Shown one piece after another: positions 9,881-19,823 of a stretch of 57,575 bases of DNA; the stretch's first letter is position 1, and the number at the start of each line of letters is the position of its first letter. This DNA is from a bacterium. GTDB taxonomy: Bacteria; SZUA-182; DTGQ01; JAFGSM01. The stretch is taken from assembly GCA_049472315.1 (NCBI GenBank), contig JBLIRN010000019.1, positions 1 through 57,575 of the forward strand, read 5' to 3'. The notes below the pieces were generated by a model. That model worked only from the letters and a program-made list of their open reading frames with translations, was not told the DNA's origin and made no database searches. A program made the position numbers and the translations under genes.

Positions 9881-10402
9881 ATGTTGATTGAAATGAGAGT
9901 GGCGGGAATCACTATCGACGCATTTTTCAATACGCCGATCATTATCCTGAAGGACCTTACCAACCAGCATTCCCTGCCGATCTGGGTGGGCACGTTCGAG
10001 GCCCAGGCGATCGCCTATGGAATCAATGGTGGTGGACTTCCCCGGCCGCTTCCCTATGACATAATGAAGGAGATATTGACAAAATTCGATCTGAAATTGA
10101 AAAGGATCATAGTCAGCGATCTGCGGGACAATACGTTTTACGCAATCATAGAGCTGGTCAAAAACGGCCAGGTCATCCAGCTCGATTCCAGGCCCAGTGA
10201 CGCCATTGCACTCGCCGTCAGGGTCGGTGCGCCCATCATGGTCGCCGATGTAGTGATAAAAAAGGCGAAGACCATTGACATCAGCAAATCCAAGGGTGAA
10301 TCGGGTCATAAGGACGACAAACCATTTGACGGCGATGAAGAAAACCTGCGGGAATGGCTTGAGAATCTAAAGCCTGAAGACTTCGGCAAATATGAGATGT
10401 AG
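9881..10402 (+). CDS. Bifunctional nuclease family protein (DUF151)
   Basis: LPIWVGTFEAQAIA, RPLPYD, DSRPSDAIALAVR, C-terminal LENLKPEDFGKY. Confidence 0.9.
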   Translation: MLIEMRVAGITIDAFFNTPIIILKDLTNQHSLPIWVGTFEAQAIAYGINGGGLPRPLPYDIMKEILTKFDLKLKRIIVSDLRDNTFYAIIELVKNGQVIQLDSRPSDAIALAVRVGAPIMVADVVIKKAKTIDISKSKGESGHKDDKPFDGDEENLREWLENLKPEDFGKYEM

Positions 10403-10811
10403 GCTCAGGGAATTCATAAAATATTGGCTCCCGCCCATTCTCTATGCATTCATAATATTCTACCTTTCCTCTCAATCCTCGATCTCCGTCGGTCCTGATA
10501 TCCCCCACATCGACAAGCTCTACCATGCGGGCATCTACTTTGTCTTTGCCCTCCTTCTCTGGCGGGCATTTCACTATTACTCCCCTCCCTTTCTTCAAAA
10601 AAGGGCCATCTGGTGCGCCCTGATCTGCACAATCATCTTCGGTATGAGTGATGAATGGCATCAGCTTTTTGTGTCCTTCAGACATGCGGACATCTTTGAC
10701 CTGCTGTTCGATTCGGTTGGTGCAAGCCTGGCCATAATCGGCGTCACCTGGTGGAATAGTGGACAAAAAAACGAGGAAAAAGGGGTGGACCGGAAGGAAT
10801 ATCAGGTCTAA
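10392..10811 (+). CDS. VanZ family membrane protein
   Basis: IFYLSSQ, DKLYHAGIY, SDEWHQLFVSFR, DLLFDSVG. Confidence 0.85.
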   Translation: MRCRLREFIKYWLPPILYAFIIFYLSSQSSISVGPDIPHIDKLYHAGIYFVFALLLWRAFHYYSPPFLQKRAIWCALICTIIFGMSDEWHQLFVSFRHADIFDLLFDSVGASLAIIGVTWWNSGQKNEEKGVDRKEYQV

Positions 10812-11469
10812 CGGGGATTTGACTTCGATTTACCATGCCCTTTATCACCGATTCGGACCGCAACACTGGTGGCCGGGTGAGACCCCGTTCGAGATCGTTA
10901 TCGGAGCGATCCTGACCCAGAATACGGCATGGGCGAATGTATCCCGGGCCATCGACAATCTCAAGCAAGCCGGGTGTCTCGATCCCGTAACCCTCCACCG
11001 AACCAGCGTCGCAGAGCTGGCCTCGCTCATCCGCCCCTCCGGCTACTTTCGATTAAAGGCCGCGCGTCTGAAGGAATTTATTGACTACCTCTTCAGCACC
11101 TACCGGGGTGACCTGCAACAAATGCTACATAAAGAAATCCCTGTGTTAAGGCAGGAACTCTTGAATATCAAGGGGATCGGTCCGGAAACCGCCGACTCCG
11201 TAATCCTCTATGCCGCACAGAAGCCTATTTTTGTGGTTGACGCGTATACCAAACGGGTCTTTTCACGGCATGGTTTTTTCACGGAGGACTTGGGGTACCA
11301 TGACGTTCAGTCGTTTTTCATGAATAGACTGCCGAAGGACGTCGATGTATATAATGAGTATCATGCGTTGCTCGTCAGGCTCGCCAAGACATATTGCAAA
11401 ACGAGGCCGATCTGCGATCAGTGTCCGCTTGCATATGACATGAGCGAGCGCAACAGGGGGATTCAATGA
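10759..11469 (+). CDS. Endonuclease III-related HhH-GPD DNA glycosylase
   Basis: FGPQHWWPGETPFEIVIGAILTQNTAW, LLNIKGIGPETAD, FVVDAYT, C-terminal Cys cluster CKTRPICDQCPL. Confidence 0.9.
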   Translation: MDKKTRKKGWTGRNIRSNGDLTSIYHALYHRFGPQHWWPGETPFEIVIGAILTQNTAWANVSRAIDNLKQAGCLDPVTLHRTSVAELASLIRPSGYFRLKAARLKEFIDYLFSTYRGDLQQMLHKEIPVLRQELLNIKGIGPETADSVILYAAQKPIFVVDAYTKRVFSRHGFFTEDLGYHDVQSFFMNRLPKDVDVYNEYHALLVRLAKTYCKTRPICDQCPLAYDMSERNRGIQ

Positions 11470-12188
11470 GTGAACTAAAGGCGATCTTTTTCGACATCGA
11501 TGACACCCTTTTCTCCACCTCTGAATTTGCTCGAGCTGCACGGCTGAATAGTGTCTATGCCATGATCCGTGCAGGTCTTAAATGCAATGTCAACGACTGC
11601 ATCCAGGAACTGAAAGAGGTCACCGAGGAATTCGGTCCGAACTACGAGCACCACTTCGATCGCCTTCTCTTAAGGCTTCCGAAGGAGGCTTACAAGGGCA
11701 TCAATTCCGCCGTTATCGTTGCCGCCGGGGTGGTGGCATACCATCAGACAAAAAACAGCAGCCTCAAGCCATACGATGACGTGGTCGAGATCCTGCGCAT
11801 CCTCTCCGCCACCGAGATCATTCTCGGCATCATCACCGCAGGATTGAAGATAAAACAGGCTGAGAAACTGGTGCGGCTCGATCTCCTGAAGTTTCTCAAT
11901 CCTCAGGCAATCTTTATAACCGACCAGATCGGGATCGGTAAGCCGAATGTAAAACTCTACAAAAACGCCTGCGACTCGCTGGGGCTCGATCCGAAGACGT
12001 GCATGTATGTGGGCGATAATCCTCTCACCGATGTCGACCCCCCCAACAAGCTGGGCATGATCACCGTGCTGAATCGCAGGAGCGGAAAATATCTCAACAT
12101 AGAAGGAAAGACCCGCCCCCGTTATACCATAAGCGATATGTGGGATCTCATGAAGATCATCAAGGAGGAATTCGGGATTCCCGTATAG
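11466..12188 (+). CDS. HAD-superfamily hydrolase (TIGR02253-like)
   Basis: FFDIDDTL motif I, GIIT, KP, YVGDNPLTD. Confidence 0.88.
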   Translation: MSELKAIFFDIDDTLFSTSEFARAARLNSVYAMIRAGLKCNVNDCIQELKEVTEEFGPNYEHHFDRLLLRLPKEAYKGINSAVIVAAGVVAYHQTKNSSLKPYDDVVEILRILSATEIILGIITAGLKIKQAEKLVRLDLLKFLNPQAIFITDQIGIGKPNVKLYKNACDSLGLDPKTCMYVGDNPLTDVDPPNKLGMITVLNRRSGKYLNIEGKTRPRYTISDMWDLMKIIKEEFGIPV

Positions 12189-12203
12189 CGCCTTGCAGTC
12201 GCC

Positions 12204-13178
12204 TCAAGGAAGGGCAAGTGCCATAATCGACACCAGGATGCCATGACGGAAGACATTCGGCCTTCCCGGATTCGTTACCCCGAAGGAACCGTCCTTCTTC
12301 TGTTGATCGATGATGAATTGTATTCCCTGATTGACTGAGGGGACGCCTTTGAGGTGGAGTATCTTCGCACACATGATCACCTCTGCGAGGATATCGATGT
12401 GCTTTGCAGTGATCGACCATTGAATAATGGAATCGAAGAGCTCCGCATAAAAGGCCTGGTTCTCGATGATGATCGGGGGAGGGGGAAGCTCCCCGAAATC
12501 GGTCAGTGAAAATATCTCATGGGTGATATCATAGGTGGTAATCGATACGGGATCTATATACATCGGATCGAACTGTCCCTTTACATGCTGGTACAGAAGC
12601 CGCTGCTGCACCTCCCTTACCAGTGTGCTCTTGGACATGATCTCATCGAGCCCCCTGCGGGGATTGAACCCCATTCGCTCGAGATATACCGTATTCCATA
12701 TGCTTGTTGTCACATGGGGTGGATAGAGCAGGGGACTGGAGAGCAACCGTTGTTCGATGATCGTTCGAAAATCAATTATGTGCAGCCCCATCTTTTCTGA
12801 GATGGATGCTATTGCCAAAAGCATGGTGAAGTCGGGGGGTTGCGGGGTGAAATCATCCTTCGAGGCGATCAGTTCCAACCTCTTTTGGATCTCACGGGTA
12901 TAGGAGTTTTTCAGGGAGGGTTCCTGTGCATCCCTGTGCAATATGTAAAAGGTAATGATCTCTTCGGATATTTCAACAAACGGGCTAAAGGGGATTTCGG
13001 GAGAGTATTCGGCAAAGTGGGCAGGATGGGTATAGACCCATGAAAGGGCATTGCCGATGGCCCTGTCAACCGCAGCCTTGCCTGTATTCTTCGAAGTGCC
13101 CTTTGCGCACGAAATAATTGTTAAACTCACCAGTATAATAACCCCATGGGCTGCGATCTGCTTGCATCTTTGATTCAT
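12204..13178 (-). CDS. Hypothetical lipoprotein, alpha-helical toroid-like (resembles DUF6895)
   Basis: Lipobox-like LTIISC; YDITHEIFSLTDFG, DILAEVIMC, QKKDGSFG, late His; start chosen at MNQRCK after gagggg. Confidence 0.7.
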   Translation of the reverse strand: MNQRCKQIAAHGVIILVSLTIISCAKGTSKNTGKAAVDRAIGNALSWVYTHPAHFAEYSPEIPFSPFVEISEEIITFYILHRDAQEPSLKNSYTREIQKRLELIASKDDFTPQPPDFTMLLAIASISEKMGLHIIDFRTIIEQRLLSSPLLYPPHVTTSIWNTVYLERMGFNPRRGLDEIMSKSTLVREVQQRLLYQHVKGQFDPMYIDPVSITTYDITHEIFSLTDFGELPPPPIIIENQAFYAELFDSIIQWSITAKHIDILAEVIMCAKILHLKGVPSVNQGIQFIIDQQKKDGSFGVTNPGRPNVFRHGILVSIMALALP

Positions 13179-13423
13179 GTTCCCCCTCCGCTCCCGGTGA
13201 ATCGAGCATTCCACCATTGTGTATCTTCGGTACTCGGCGGTGTGACACCGCCGAGGTTCAGAAAAAGGTCCGCCTCTCAATTGTCTATATTACTCAAGAC
13301 GGTTATGCCTGGTCAATCCCCTGCATACTAATCGGTTTTTTTCCAGCATACAAACCCGATTTTATCATACTGGAACCTTCCAGCACACTTGAACGCAAAC
13401 CCGAACGTCGGACTTGCTGCGTC

Positions 13424-13452
13424 TTGACACCGGGGCAGGAATTTGTTAAAAA
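13424..13452 (+). promoter_or_regulatory. sigma70 promoter of tRNA-Val
   Basis: TTGACA-N17-TAAAAA with TGn extended -10, about 40 nt upstream of the tRNA. Confidence 0.7.
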
Positions 13453-13493
13453 ATAGGGGTGTCTGAGCGACATTCCATCCGTCAAAAAGAGGT

Positions 13494-13568
13494 GGGCGAT
13501 TAGCTCAGTGGGAGAGCACTGCCTTCACACGGCAGGGGTCACTGGTTCAAATCCAGTATCGCCTACCA
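13494..13568 (+). tRNA. tRNA-Val (anticodon CAC)
   Basis: Acceptor GGGCGAT/ATCGCCT, D-arm TAGCTCAGTGGGAGAGC, anticodon arm CTGCC-TTCACAC-GGCAG, T-loop GGTTCAAATCC, encoded CCA. Confidence 0.97.
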
Positions 13569-13682
13569 TTTTTTCCTCTAAATTTCAATGAATTGATTCG
13601 TAAGAAATCCCTATTTTGACAGTAGAGAGGAAGCTGGGATTCACTATTGAGGTTGCCGATCAAAGGACCTTATTAAATAAAT

Positions 13683-13713
13683 GACGCCCGCCGGTGAATA
13701 ACTGGCGGGCGTT
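13683..13713. terminator. Hairpin between tRNA-Val and the convergent small gene
   Basis: gacgcccgccggt-gaata-actggcgggcgtt. Confidence 0.7.
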
Positions 13714-13771
13714 AGCGGAGATTTATGGAGCAGGTGCCTGATTGGTATGAAATTATGATGGAAAAAAACAT

Positions 13772-14158
13772 CTAATAGTTCGCCACGATGCCATTCTGGC
13801 TATTTATATAGCACTGATTAAGCATATGATCATAATAACATACATTGTTATAAGAGCAGAGCCAATTTATAGCACCACTGTTATTATAGGGATTGTGCTG
13901 AGTAAAGCGCTGCAACCAATGAGGTGTCCATATACCATAAAATGACGGGGGTGTGATCCAGACTGGATCTTCACATGTATCGATCAAACCACACACTTGT
14001 GTCCCGTCTGGTTGTGTTACGCATACTTCTTGGCGTGGTGCTATACAATAGCATGGATACCAGGCCAGGCAAATATTATGTAAAAATAAAATTACGGCAA
14101 CTACAAAAAGCATGACAATTAATCCATTCAATACGTTTTTATCTTCCCTATTAAACAT
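13772..14158 (-). CDS. Small secreted Cys/Tyr/Trp-rich hypothetical protein (AT-rich gene)
   Basis: SD aggagg; hydrophobic leader ending CLA-W; 8 Cys in the mature part; ends ANY. Confidence 0.7.
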   Translation of the reverse strand: MFNREDKNVLNGLIVMLFVVAVILFLHNICLAWYPCYCIAPRQEVCVTQPDGTQVCGLIDTCEDPVWITPPSFYGIWTPHWLQRFTQHNPYNNSGAINWLCSYNNVCYYDHMLNQCYINSQNGIVANY

Positions 14159-14195
14159 TTTTATCCCCTCCTCCTAAGTTTGAATATATTGTTAA

Positions 14196-14222
14196 CTATT
14201 TTGCTTCTATCCCAATATCCAT
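14196..14222 (-). CDS. Upstream mini-ORF MDIGIEAK
   Basis: Perfect SD TAAGGAGGTGA just before ATG; stop about 38 nt before the 14158 start. Confidence 0.4.
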   Translation of the reverse strand: MDIGIEAK

Positions 14223-14470
14223 TGAATCACCTCCTTATTTATCCTTTTTTTCCTTTGCCTGAATAGACGCAAAATATATTTGTTTTTCCCAATGAAATGA
14301 TATAAGGGGATACAGGTGGGAATTGCTACGAGGAATGCCTATTTGTGGAAACAGGGGAATAATTCTTCGATGAAAAATCAAAAAAAATCAGGGGTGATCC
14401 GCTTAAAACACCGCGTGCAGGATATCAGGATGTGCTGTGAGGTACCTGTGGTTAATGGAAATAGTTACGT

Positions 14471-14501
14471 AAAAAGGCAGGGCCATTGCTGACCCTGCCT
14501 T
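14471..14501 (-). terminator. Intrinsic terminator of the Pro/Thr-rich gene
   Basis: aaggcaggg...ccctgcctt stem; A-run on + gives a U-tract on -. Confidence 0.75.
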
Positions 14502-14581
14502 ATAAATACGCTGCAGGATTGGACGATCAGTTGATCGACCCAAGAGGCGGCATCATTATATCTTCCTAATATATAAGCCGG

Positions 14582-15151
14582 TTATATCACTGGAGCCGTA
14601 GCCACTGTCGGCCACAGTGCGCCGGTTGTAGGCGCTGTTGTTAAAGTGGGGGCAAAGGCCGCCGTTGGCCAAAAAGAGGGAACCGTGAAGCTTACCGGGG
14701 TAGTCCCGATCAGAGGGACTATCGGGGCCGCTGGAAAAAAGGTGGTAATCGGTGAAGTCGGTGCAATGGTCGGCGTAAAGGTGGGAAGTATAGGTGTAAA
14801 TGTCGGTGCAACGGTCGGCGTAAAGGTCGGAAGGGTCGGGGTAAAGGTCGGAGCAAACGGCCACAACATGGCAGCCGGAAAGACTGCTCCGCCTGTTACG
14901 GGTAATGTCGGCGCGGTGGTGGGCGTAAATGTCGCTGTCGGCCACAGCGAAATGCCGCCCGGTGTGGAAGTGGGGAAGGTTGTGGCAAAAGGGAAGGTTG
15001 GCGCAGCCAGGGTGGTGAATCCCGGAGCAAGCGTGGTCGTTGTAGGAAATGTGCTAAAGGGCGGCAGGATTACGGCAAGAGCATACGACGATACAAGGCT
15101 GAAAACCATGATCAATAACGAACTGATGAATATCTTTTTGAATGGTCTCAT
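14582..15151 (-). CDS. Secreted Pro/Thr/Phe-rich low-complexity protein (PTFTPT repeats)
   Basis: SD ggag before MRPFKK; signal peptide ending ALA-V; repeated APTFTPT and LWP. Confidence 0.8.
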   Translation of the reverse strand: MRPFKKIFISSLLIMVFSLVSSYALAVILPPFSTFPTTTTLAPGFTTLAAPTFPFATTFPTSTPGGISLWPTATFTPTTAPTLPVTGGAVFPAAMLWPFAPTFTPTLPTFTPTVAPTFTPILPTFTPTIAPTSPITTFFPAAPIVPLIGTTPVSFTVPSFWPTAAFAPTLTTAPTTGALWPTVATAPVI

Positions 15152-15222
15152 TTTAAGGTTCTCCCTAAACATTCGATGATGTTTAAAAGTTAGGATTTTT
15201 AGGAAGAGAGAAATAATATATC

Positions 15223-15243
15223 TCAAATAGTTACAAGCCCCAT
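15223..15243 (-). CDS. Upstream mini-ORF MGLVTI
   Basis: SD aaaggagg 10 nt before ATG; stop about 72 nt before the 15151 start. Confidence 0.35.
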   Translation of the reverse strand: MGLVTI

Positions 15244-15525
15244 TAACACATCCCCTCCTTTACCTGATTGGCGTATTCATCCTCATGGATGAATGTATGA
15301 GAGGCACTTTCTTGCTCCAGTATATCGCAATAGACGAAACAAGGGATTTTTTCTTTTACGGTTCTTTTCGATAGAACAAATTTGAAATGGAAAGGGGTGC
15401 TCAGCTTGGCTTATCACACACTGATGTGTTATGTCCGGAAGAGACGAAAATAACGGAAATGAAGGGTGGAATATTCGTTCGAGCCGTCGGACAGGGGGCA
15501 GGCTGAGTAATGTGGGGCGAAACCG

Positions 15526-16632
15526 CTATTGTGCAAAAAGCCGCTTGAATTCTTCGTACCCCTCCTTTTCCAGGTCATCCTTGGGAATGAAGCGGAGGGC
15601 AGCGGAATTGATGCAATAGCGAAGACCGGTGGGAGGAGGGCCATCCTTGAACACGTGTCCCAGGTGGGAGTCCGCATGGGTACTGCGCACTTCTACCCTC
15701 TTTATCAATAAACTTCTATCTGTCTTTTCCTTGATATTCTCCGGTTCGAGCGGCTTGCTAAAGCTGGGCCATCCGGTTCCGGAATCGAATTTGTCCAGGG
15801 AGCTGAACAGGGGCTCTCCCGAAACGACATCCACATAGATCCCTTCCTGCTTGTTGTTCCAGTACTCGTTTTCGAAGGGCTTCTCCGTGCCGTTTTCCTG
15901 GGTCACCTTATATTGAAGGGGGGTCAATCGTTCCTTGAGCTCCTTGTCGGACGGCTTCCGGAACCCTTGCCAAGGATTCTTCTTACTGACTGGATCGCCT
16001 TTCTCCATGTCCTTCCCCGATTGCTTCTCGATATACTGCTCTCTTCCCGAACGGGAATGGTAATATTCGTATTGCGAGGGATATTTTTTGTGATAATCCT
16101 GGTGGTACTCCTCGGCCGGATAGAATGCGGATGCAGGGAGAATCTCCGTCACAATGGGTCGTTCGAACCGCTTGGATTCGCTCAAACGCATCCTCGATTC
16201 CTCGGCGGTCTTTCTCTGATCCTCATTGTGGTAAAAGATGGCGGTGGTGTACTGTGTTCCCCTGTCCACAAACTGGCCCCCGGGATCAGTGGGATCGATC
16301 TGGCCCCAGAAGACGTCGAGAAGGCGCTGGTAGGACATCTTCGAGGGGTCATAGACGATCTCGACCGCCTCGCGGTGTCCGGTGGCGCCTGAGGATACCT
16401 GCTCGTAGGTGGGGTTCTCGAGTTCTCCCCCGGTATATCCGGGGGTGACGGATACTACCCCGTCCAGTCCCTCGAACGGCGGCTCCAAACACCAGAAGCA
16501 TCCCCCGGCAAAGGTGGCCTTTTCCAATTTCGTCCGTGCAGGGAGCCCCTGGCGTGCAGTGCCGAAAACAAAGAAGCACAACACGAGGCAGACACACAAC
16601 AATCTCATGCCCATATTCTTCAACCCCGACAT
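15526..16632 (-). CDS. msrAB: Exported bifunctional methionine sulfoxide reductase MsrA-MsrB
   Basis: [19 protein letters not shown] (MsrA); [22 protein letters not shown] (MsrB); N-terminal signal. Confidence 0.95.
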   Translation of the reverse strand: MSGLKNMGMRLLCVCLVLCFFVFGTARQGLPARTKLEKATFAGGCFWCLEPPFEGLDGVVSVTPGYTGGELENPTYEQVSSGATGHREAVEIVYDPSKMSYQRLLDVFWGQIDPTDPGGQFVDRGTQYTTAIFYHNEDQRKTAEESRMRLSESKRFERPIVTEILPASAFYPAEEYHQDYHKKYPSQYEYYHSRSGREQYIEKQSGKDMEKGDPVSKKNPWQGFRKPSDKELKERLTPLQYKVTQENGTEKPFENEYWNNKQEGIYVDVVSGEPLFSSLDKFDSGTGWPSFSKPLEPENIKEKTDRSLLIKRVEVRSTHADSHLGHVFKDGPPPTGLRYCINSAALRFIPKDDLEKEGYEEFKRLFAQ

Positions 16633-16760
16633 TCCTATTCTATGAAAGATTTCCTGATATACATAGGGATTATATATGAAAAAGTATATCCCACGTGTCT
16701 GTACCAGTCAATGAGGAGATATTCTCCGGGGGCACCATCCATGCGCCATCGCGTGCGGGA

Positions 16761-19589
16761 TTAGCTGCCATCCTGGAAATCCGGCAGGCGCGTGATACAC
16801 ATCGAGGATTCCGCACCATAGGGAGGGTGTTTCCCGCATACTTTCCCAAAAAAGGGATAGCGAGCACTCCATCGATGCCGTCCCGGGTCAAGGACAAGCA
16901 CATGCTTCACTATATCTTCCTTGATAAAGAGGATTTCCGCATCGTGATACGTGATGGAGTTCCTTTCGATGCTCACCTGGTTAGGTATTCCGTTTGACGT
17001 ATTCCCCTTGAAAAGACACCGTATTATTCCCATTCCGCCGCCATCGTCATAGATCCCGCCTCCCTCCACATCCGCCGTGTTATTCTGCAGGAAGCAATTG
17101 ATGATCGACGGGGAGGAACCCAGGCACAGGATTCCTGCGCCCCTCTCGGCCTTCCCGTTTCTGAGGGTGAATCCCCGCAGTATCGTATCGGAATCCTCAC
17201 CGCCTGCAAACCGTACCACGCTCCCCGCAGCGCTTCCGTCGATGATCGTCACCGAGGGACCATGGGCGGAACGAACGGTTATCGCCCTTCCGGGAAAATC
17301 GATATTCTCATGGAAGGTCCCGGGATACACCGTGATGGTGTCGCCATCCTCCGCACAATCGATGGCCTCCTGGATGGCGGCATACTGGCGCCCTTGTCCC
17401 ACCCCTTCCGGAATCAGGGAGGAAAGATCGATATCCAGCATCCGGGCCGTGGCTGCAATGCTGTCATAGGCATCGGGGCATAAAACCGTTATCCTATAGG
17501 GAACGGGATCCATCGACAGGATATTCGGATCCTGCCAAAATGATGCAGTGATGGCGTAGATCCCCCTGGCAAGATCGGCCTGTACCTCCCCGTAGTTCGG
17601 ATCGGCCATGTCATTCCCGTTCGGGTCCGTTACGCCCATGAACAGGGTGCGGCCCGAAAGCCCGCACTCACCGCTGATCGTGCAGGGGCCGTCCAGAATG
17701 ACCGTGTGGGTATTGAGGCTGTTCTGATCACTCAGGGTGCCGGCGATCTCGAATTCCCTTCCGAAGGAGATGTCCTCGTCCATGACCAGGGCAATGAATG
17801 ATTTCTCCGCGGTTGTGTCATTCGCCGTTGCACTTACATTGATCCTGACCGCCATCTTCGACATGCCGTAGGCAGGGGTGATGCTGAGGATGTCATCCGC
17901 ATCGATAGAGGCGCTGACCTCGTTGCTGCCCGTCTCGGCGGTCACCGTGACCTCATCCCCGTTTTCATCCACGGCATCGATCAGGATCATGAAGGGCGGG
18001 CCGCAGGAGTTCACAATGATATTTCTGAAATCGTTCATGATAAGCGGGGGAATGTCGCAATTGGCGTCGATTGCGGCCCTTTCCTCTTCGGTCAGTGCAT
18101 CGGTGCCGATGGAGATCGCGTAATCAAGGTGACCGTCATCGGCCTTATAGCACCATATGCCCGCGCACAGGGATGCCTTGAGGGTGTAATGGTCGGCAGG
18201 GAGCGTCAAGGATAGAGGATCGTCATCGGAGGCAACCACGTTATTCCTCGAATCATACAGGGAGATGTAAAACGCCTGGTTCGAATAGTAGTAGCGGGTG
18301 CCGGTGATGGTAGTTGCTCCCTTGAGATACAATCCATATTCATCGGCATCCTTTGCGGCATCGAATCTTCCGAATATATTCGGGTCCTCGAGCCGGTCCC
18401 CTGTCTCCAGATTGGTGTAGCAATCATCCCCGGAGCACGGCTTCACCGAACGATAGATCATCAATTCACCGGGTGGATACACATGATTGGTGGTGACGAT
18501 ATTCTGGTCGAGGAAGTAGAATTCATCATCCGTGCCGTCCCACCCGAAGTTAATATGGATGCTCCTGCCCGATTCATCCGAGGAATATCCGTCGGCAATC
18601 CCCATGTGTCCGGGAAAACGCAGGAGAACCGGATGATTGGCATCGATCTCTTCTTGAATGGCCTCGAAAAACAGGTCGGAATCCGTATTCTTCAGGGTGT
18701 CTATTTCGGTGGAGTATCCGAAGTTTTTTGTCAATGCGGCTACATTGACAATGGCGGTGGAGGTGTCAATGCCGAATTCGGTTTCGTGTGCATAGGCCAC
18801 GTCCCGTATGAGACGGGCAATCTCGTCCGCTTCATGCTCAGGGGTGAGCATGCCGATGGTCTCCGGCATATGCCCCCAGTGATAATCCCTGTACAGCACG
18901 GCCTTCAATTGACTTCCCTGCCAGGTATACGACACCACCCCGCTCCCTGAGTCGGGATAGCGATAGTAGCGCATGATCTGGGCAAGGGCCACACCGACGC
19001 ACCCGGCAACCACCCGTTTTCCGTTCATCTCGGGCAGGAATCGGTTATAGGGCGGCTTCTGGTGCCATTGGGTTGTCACAAGGTACGTTCCCGGCGCATA
19101 GGGTTTCAACCTTCTGGTGCCGTCGTAATCAAGCAGGAAGTCCCACCGTTTCTGATTTATGTCGGCATATGAGGATTTCATCCGGGCGCGGGCCGTCTCC
19201 TGTGCCGCCCGAGCATCGTATGCCATTTCACAAAGCAGGAATTCCCTGTATCCTGCAGGCAATGTGTCGAAATCGCCTTCAAGCGAATATGCCTTGATGG
19301 GGGTGCGATCCCTGGACCATGAGACCAGTATGAACCCTCCCTCCTCGAGATCCGCCAGATAGGCGATGGGCACGGAGGGAAGCGAGGGTTCTATTATACT
19401 GCTCTCCAGGATTCGTGAAGAAGAGATCCGTGCGCGGGCGTGTTTGAACGCCAGAAAGTTCCGCGCAACCCGCTCGTGATCCTCTTGAGCTGATGCGCAA
19501 AAGGGGAGGAGGAACAGGGAAAACACCACAAGGAACATCAATAGACGCGGCAAGAGGGTGTTCCGTGAAATCCCGATGTATGGTTTCAT
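16761..19589 (-). CDS. C10 (streptopain-like) cysteine peptidase with Spi-like propeptide, accessory domains and C-terminal beta-helix segment
   Basis: TTQWHQKPPYN, AGCVGVALAQIMRYY, GHMGIADGY, HINFGWDG; C-terminal IQEAIDCAEDGDTITVYPGTF...GFTLRNG. Confidence 0.88.
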   Translation of the reverse strand: MKPYIGISRNTLLPRLLMFLVVFSLFLLPFCASAQEDHERVARNFLAFKHARARISSSRILESSIIEPSLPSVPIAYLADLEEGGFILVSWSRDRTPIKAYSLEGDFDTLPAGYREFLLCEMAYDARAAQETARARMKSSYADINQKRWDFLLDYDGTRRLKPYAPGTYLVTTQWHQKPPYNRFLPEMNGKRVVAGCVGVALAQIMRYYRYPDSGSGVVSYTWQGSQLKAVLYRDYHWGHMPETIGMLTPEHEADEIARLIRDVAYAHETEFGIDTSTAIVNVAALTKNFGYSTEIDTLKNTDSDLFFEAIQEEIDANHPVLLRFPGHMGIADGYSSDESGRSIHINFGWDGTDDEFYFLDQNIVTTNHVYPPGELMIYRSVKPCSGDDCYTNLETGDRLEDPNIFGRFDAAKDADEYGLYLKGATTITGTRYYYSNQAFYISLYDSRNNVVASDDDPLSLTLPADHYTLKASLCAGIWCYKADDGHLDYAISIGTDALTEEERAAIDANCDIPPLIMNDFRNIIVNSCGPPFMILIDAVDENGDEVTVTAETGSNEVSASIDADDILSITPAYGMSKMAVRINVSATANDTTAEKSFIALVMDEDISFGREFEIAGTLSDQNSLNTHTVILDGPCTISGECGLSGRTLFMGVTDPNGNDMADPNYGEVQADLARGIYAITASFWQDPNILSMDPVPYRITVLCPDAYDSIAATARMLDIDLSSLIPEGVGQGRQYAAIQEAIDCAEDGDTITVYPGTFHENIDFPGRAITVRSAHGPSVTIIDGSAAGSVVRFAGGEDSDTILRGFTLRNGKAERGAGILCLGSSPSIINCFLQNNTADVEGGGIYDDGGGMGIIRCLFKGNTSNGIPNQVSIERNSITYHDAEILFIKEDIVKHVLVLDPGRHRWSARYPFFGKVCGKHPPYGAESSMCITRLPDFQDGS

Positions 19590-19681
19590 ACAGCGATTCA
19601 GCAGCAGGTCACCCCTTTCCGGAAAAGCCCTGTATCGTCATTATCTCAATGAATGCGGTGTCAACATGACCGATACCATAT

Positions 19682-19696
19682 GCAAATATCGCACCG
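19682..19696 (-). promoter_or_regulatory. Possible sigma54 promoter of the C10 peptidase gene
   Basis: Minus strand CGGTGCGATATTTGC (GG-N10-GC). Confidence 0.35.
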
Positions 19697-19823
19697 CAAA
19701 GGGCATCCCGGACGACTCGACTATTGAGGGCAGATCATCCCTGCATACCCGAATACACTGAAAAGCAGGTGCTCTCCGTTAGACCGCAGGGTGTGTCATT
19801 CGGGTCAATGTACGGACGGATGT

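Noticed and set aside
13494..14500. Prophage or integrative element at tRNA-Val
   Set aside because: No integrase or phage genes, and I saw no duplicated tRNA 3' end
15301..15316. GGCACTTTCTTGC sigma54-like box
   Set aside because: Spacing is one base short and it points away from the adjacent gene
16670..16980. Possible frameshift or truncation at the C10 paralog 1 C-terminus
   Set aside because: The tail looks atypical, but no alternative frame gives a recognisable continuation; cannot be supported without alignment
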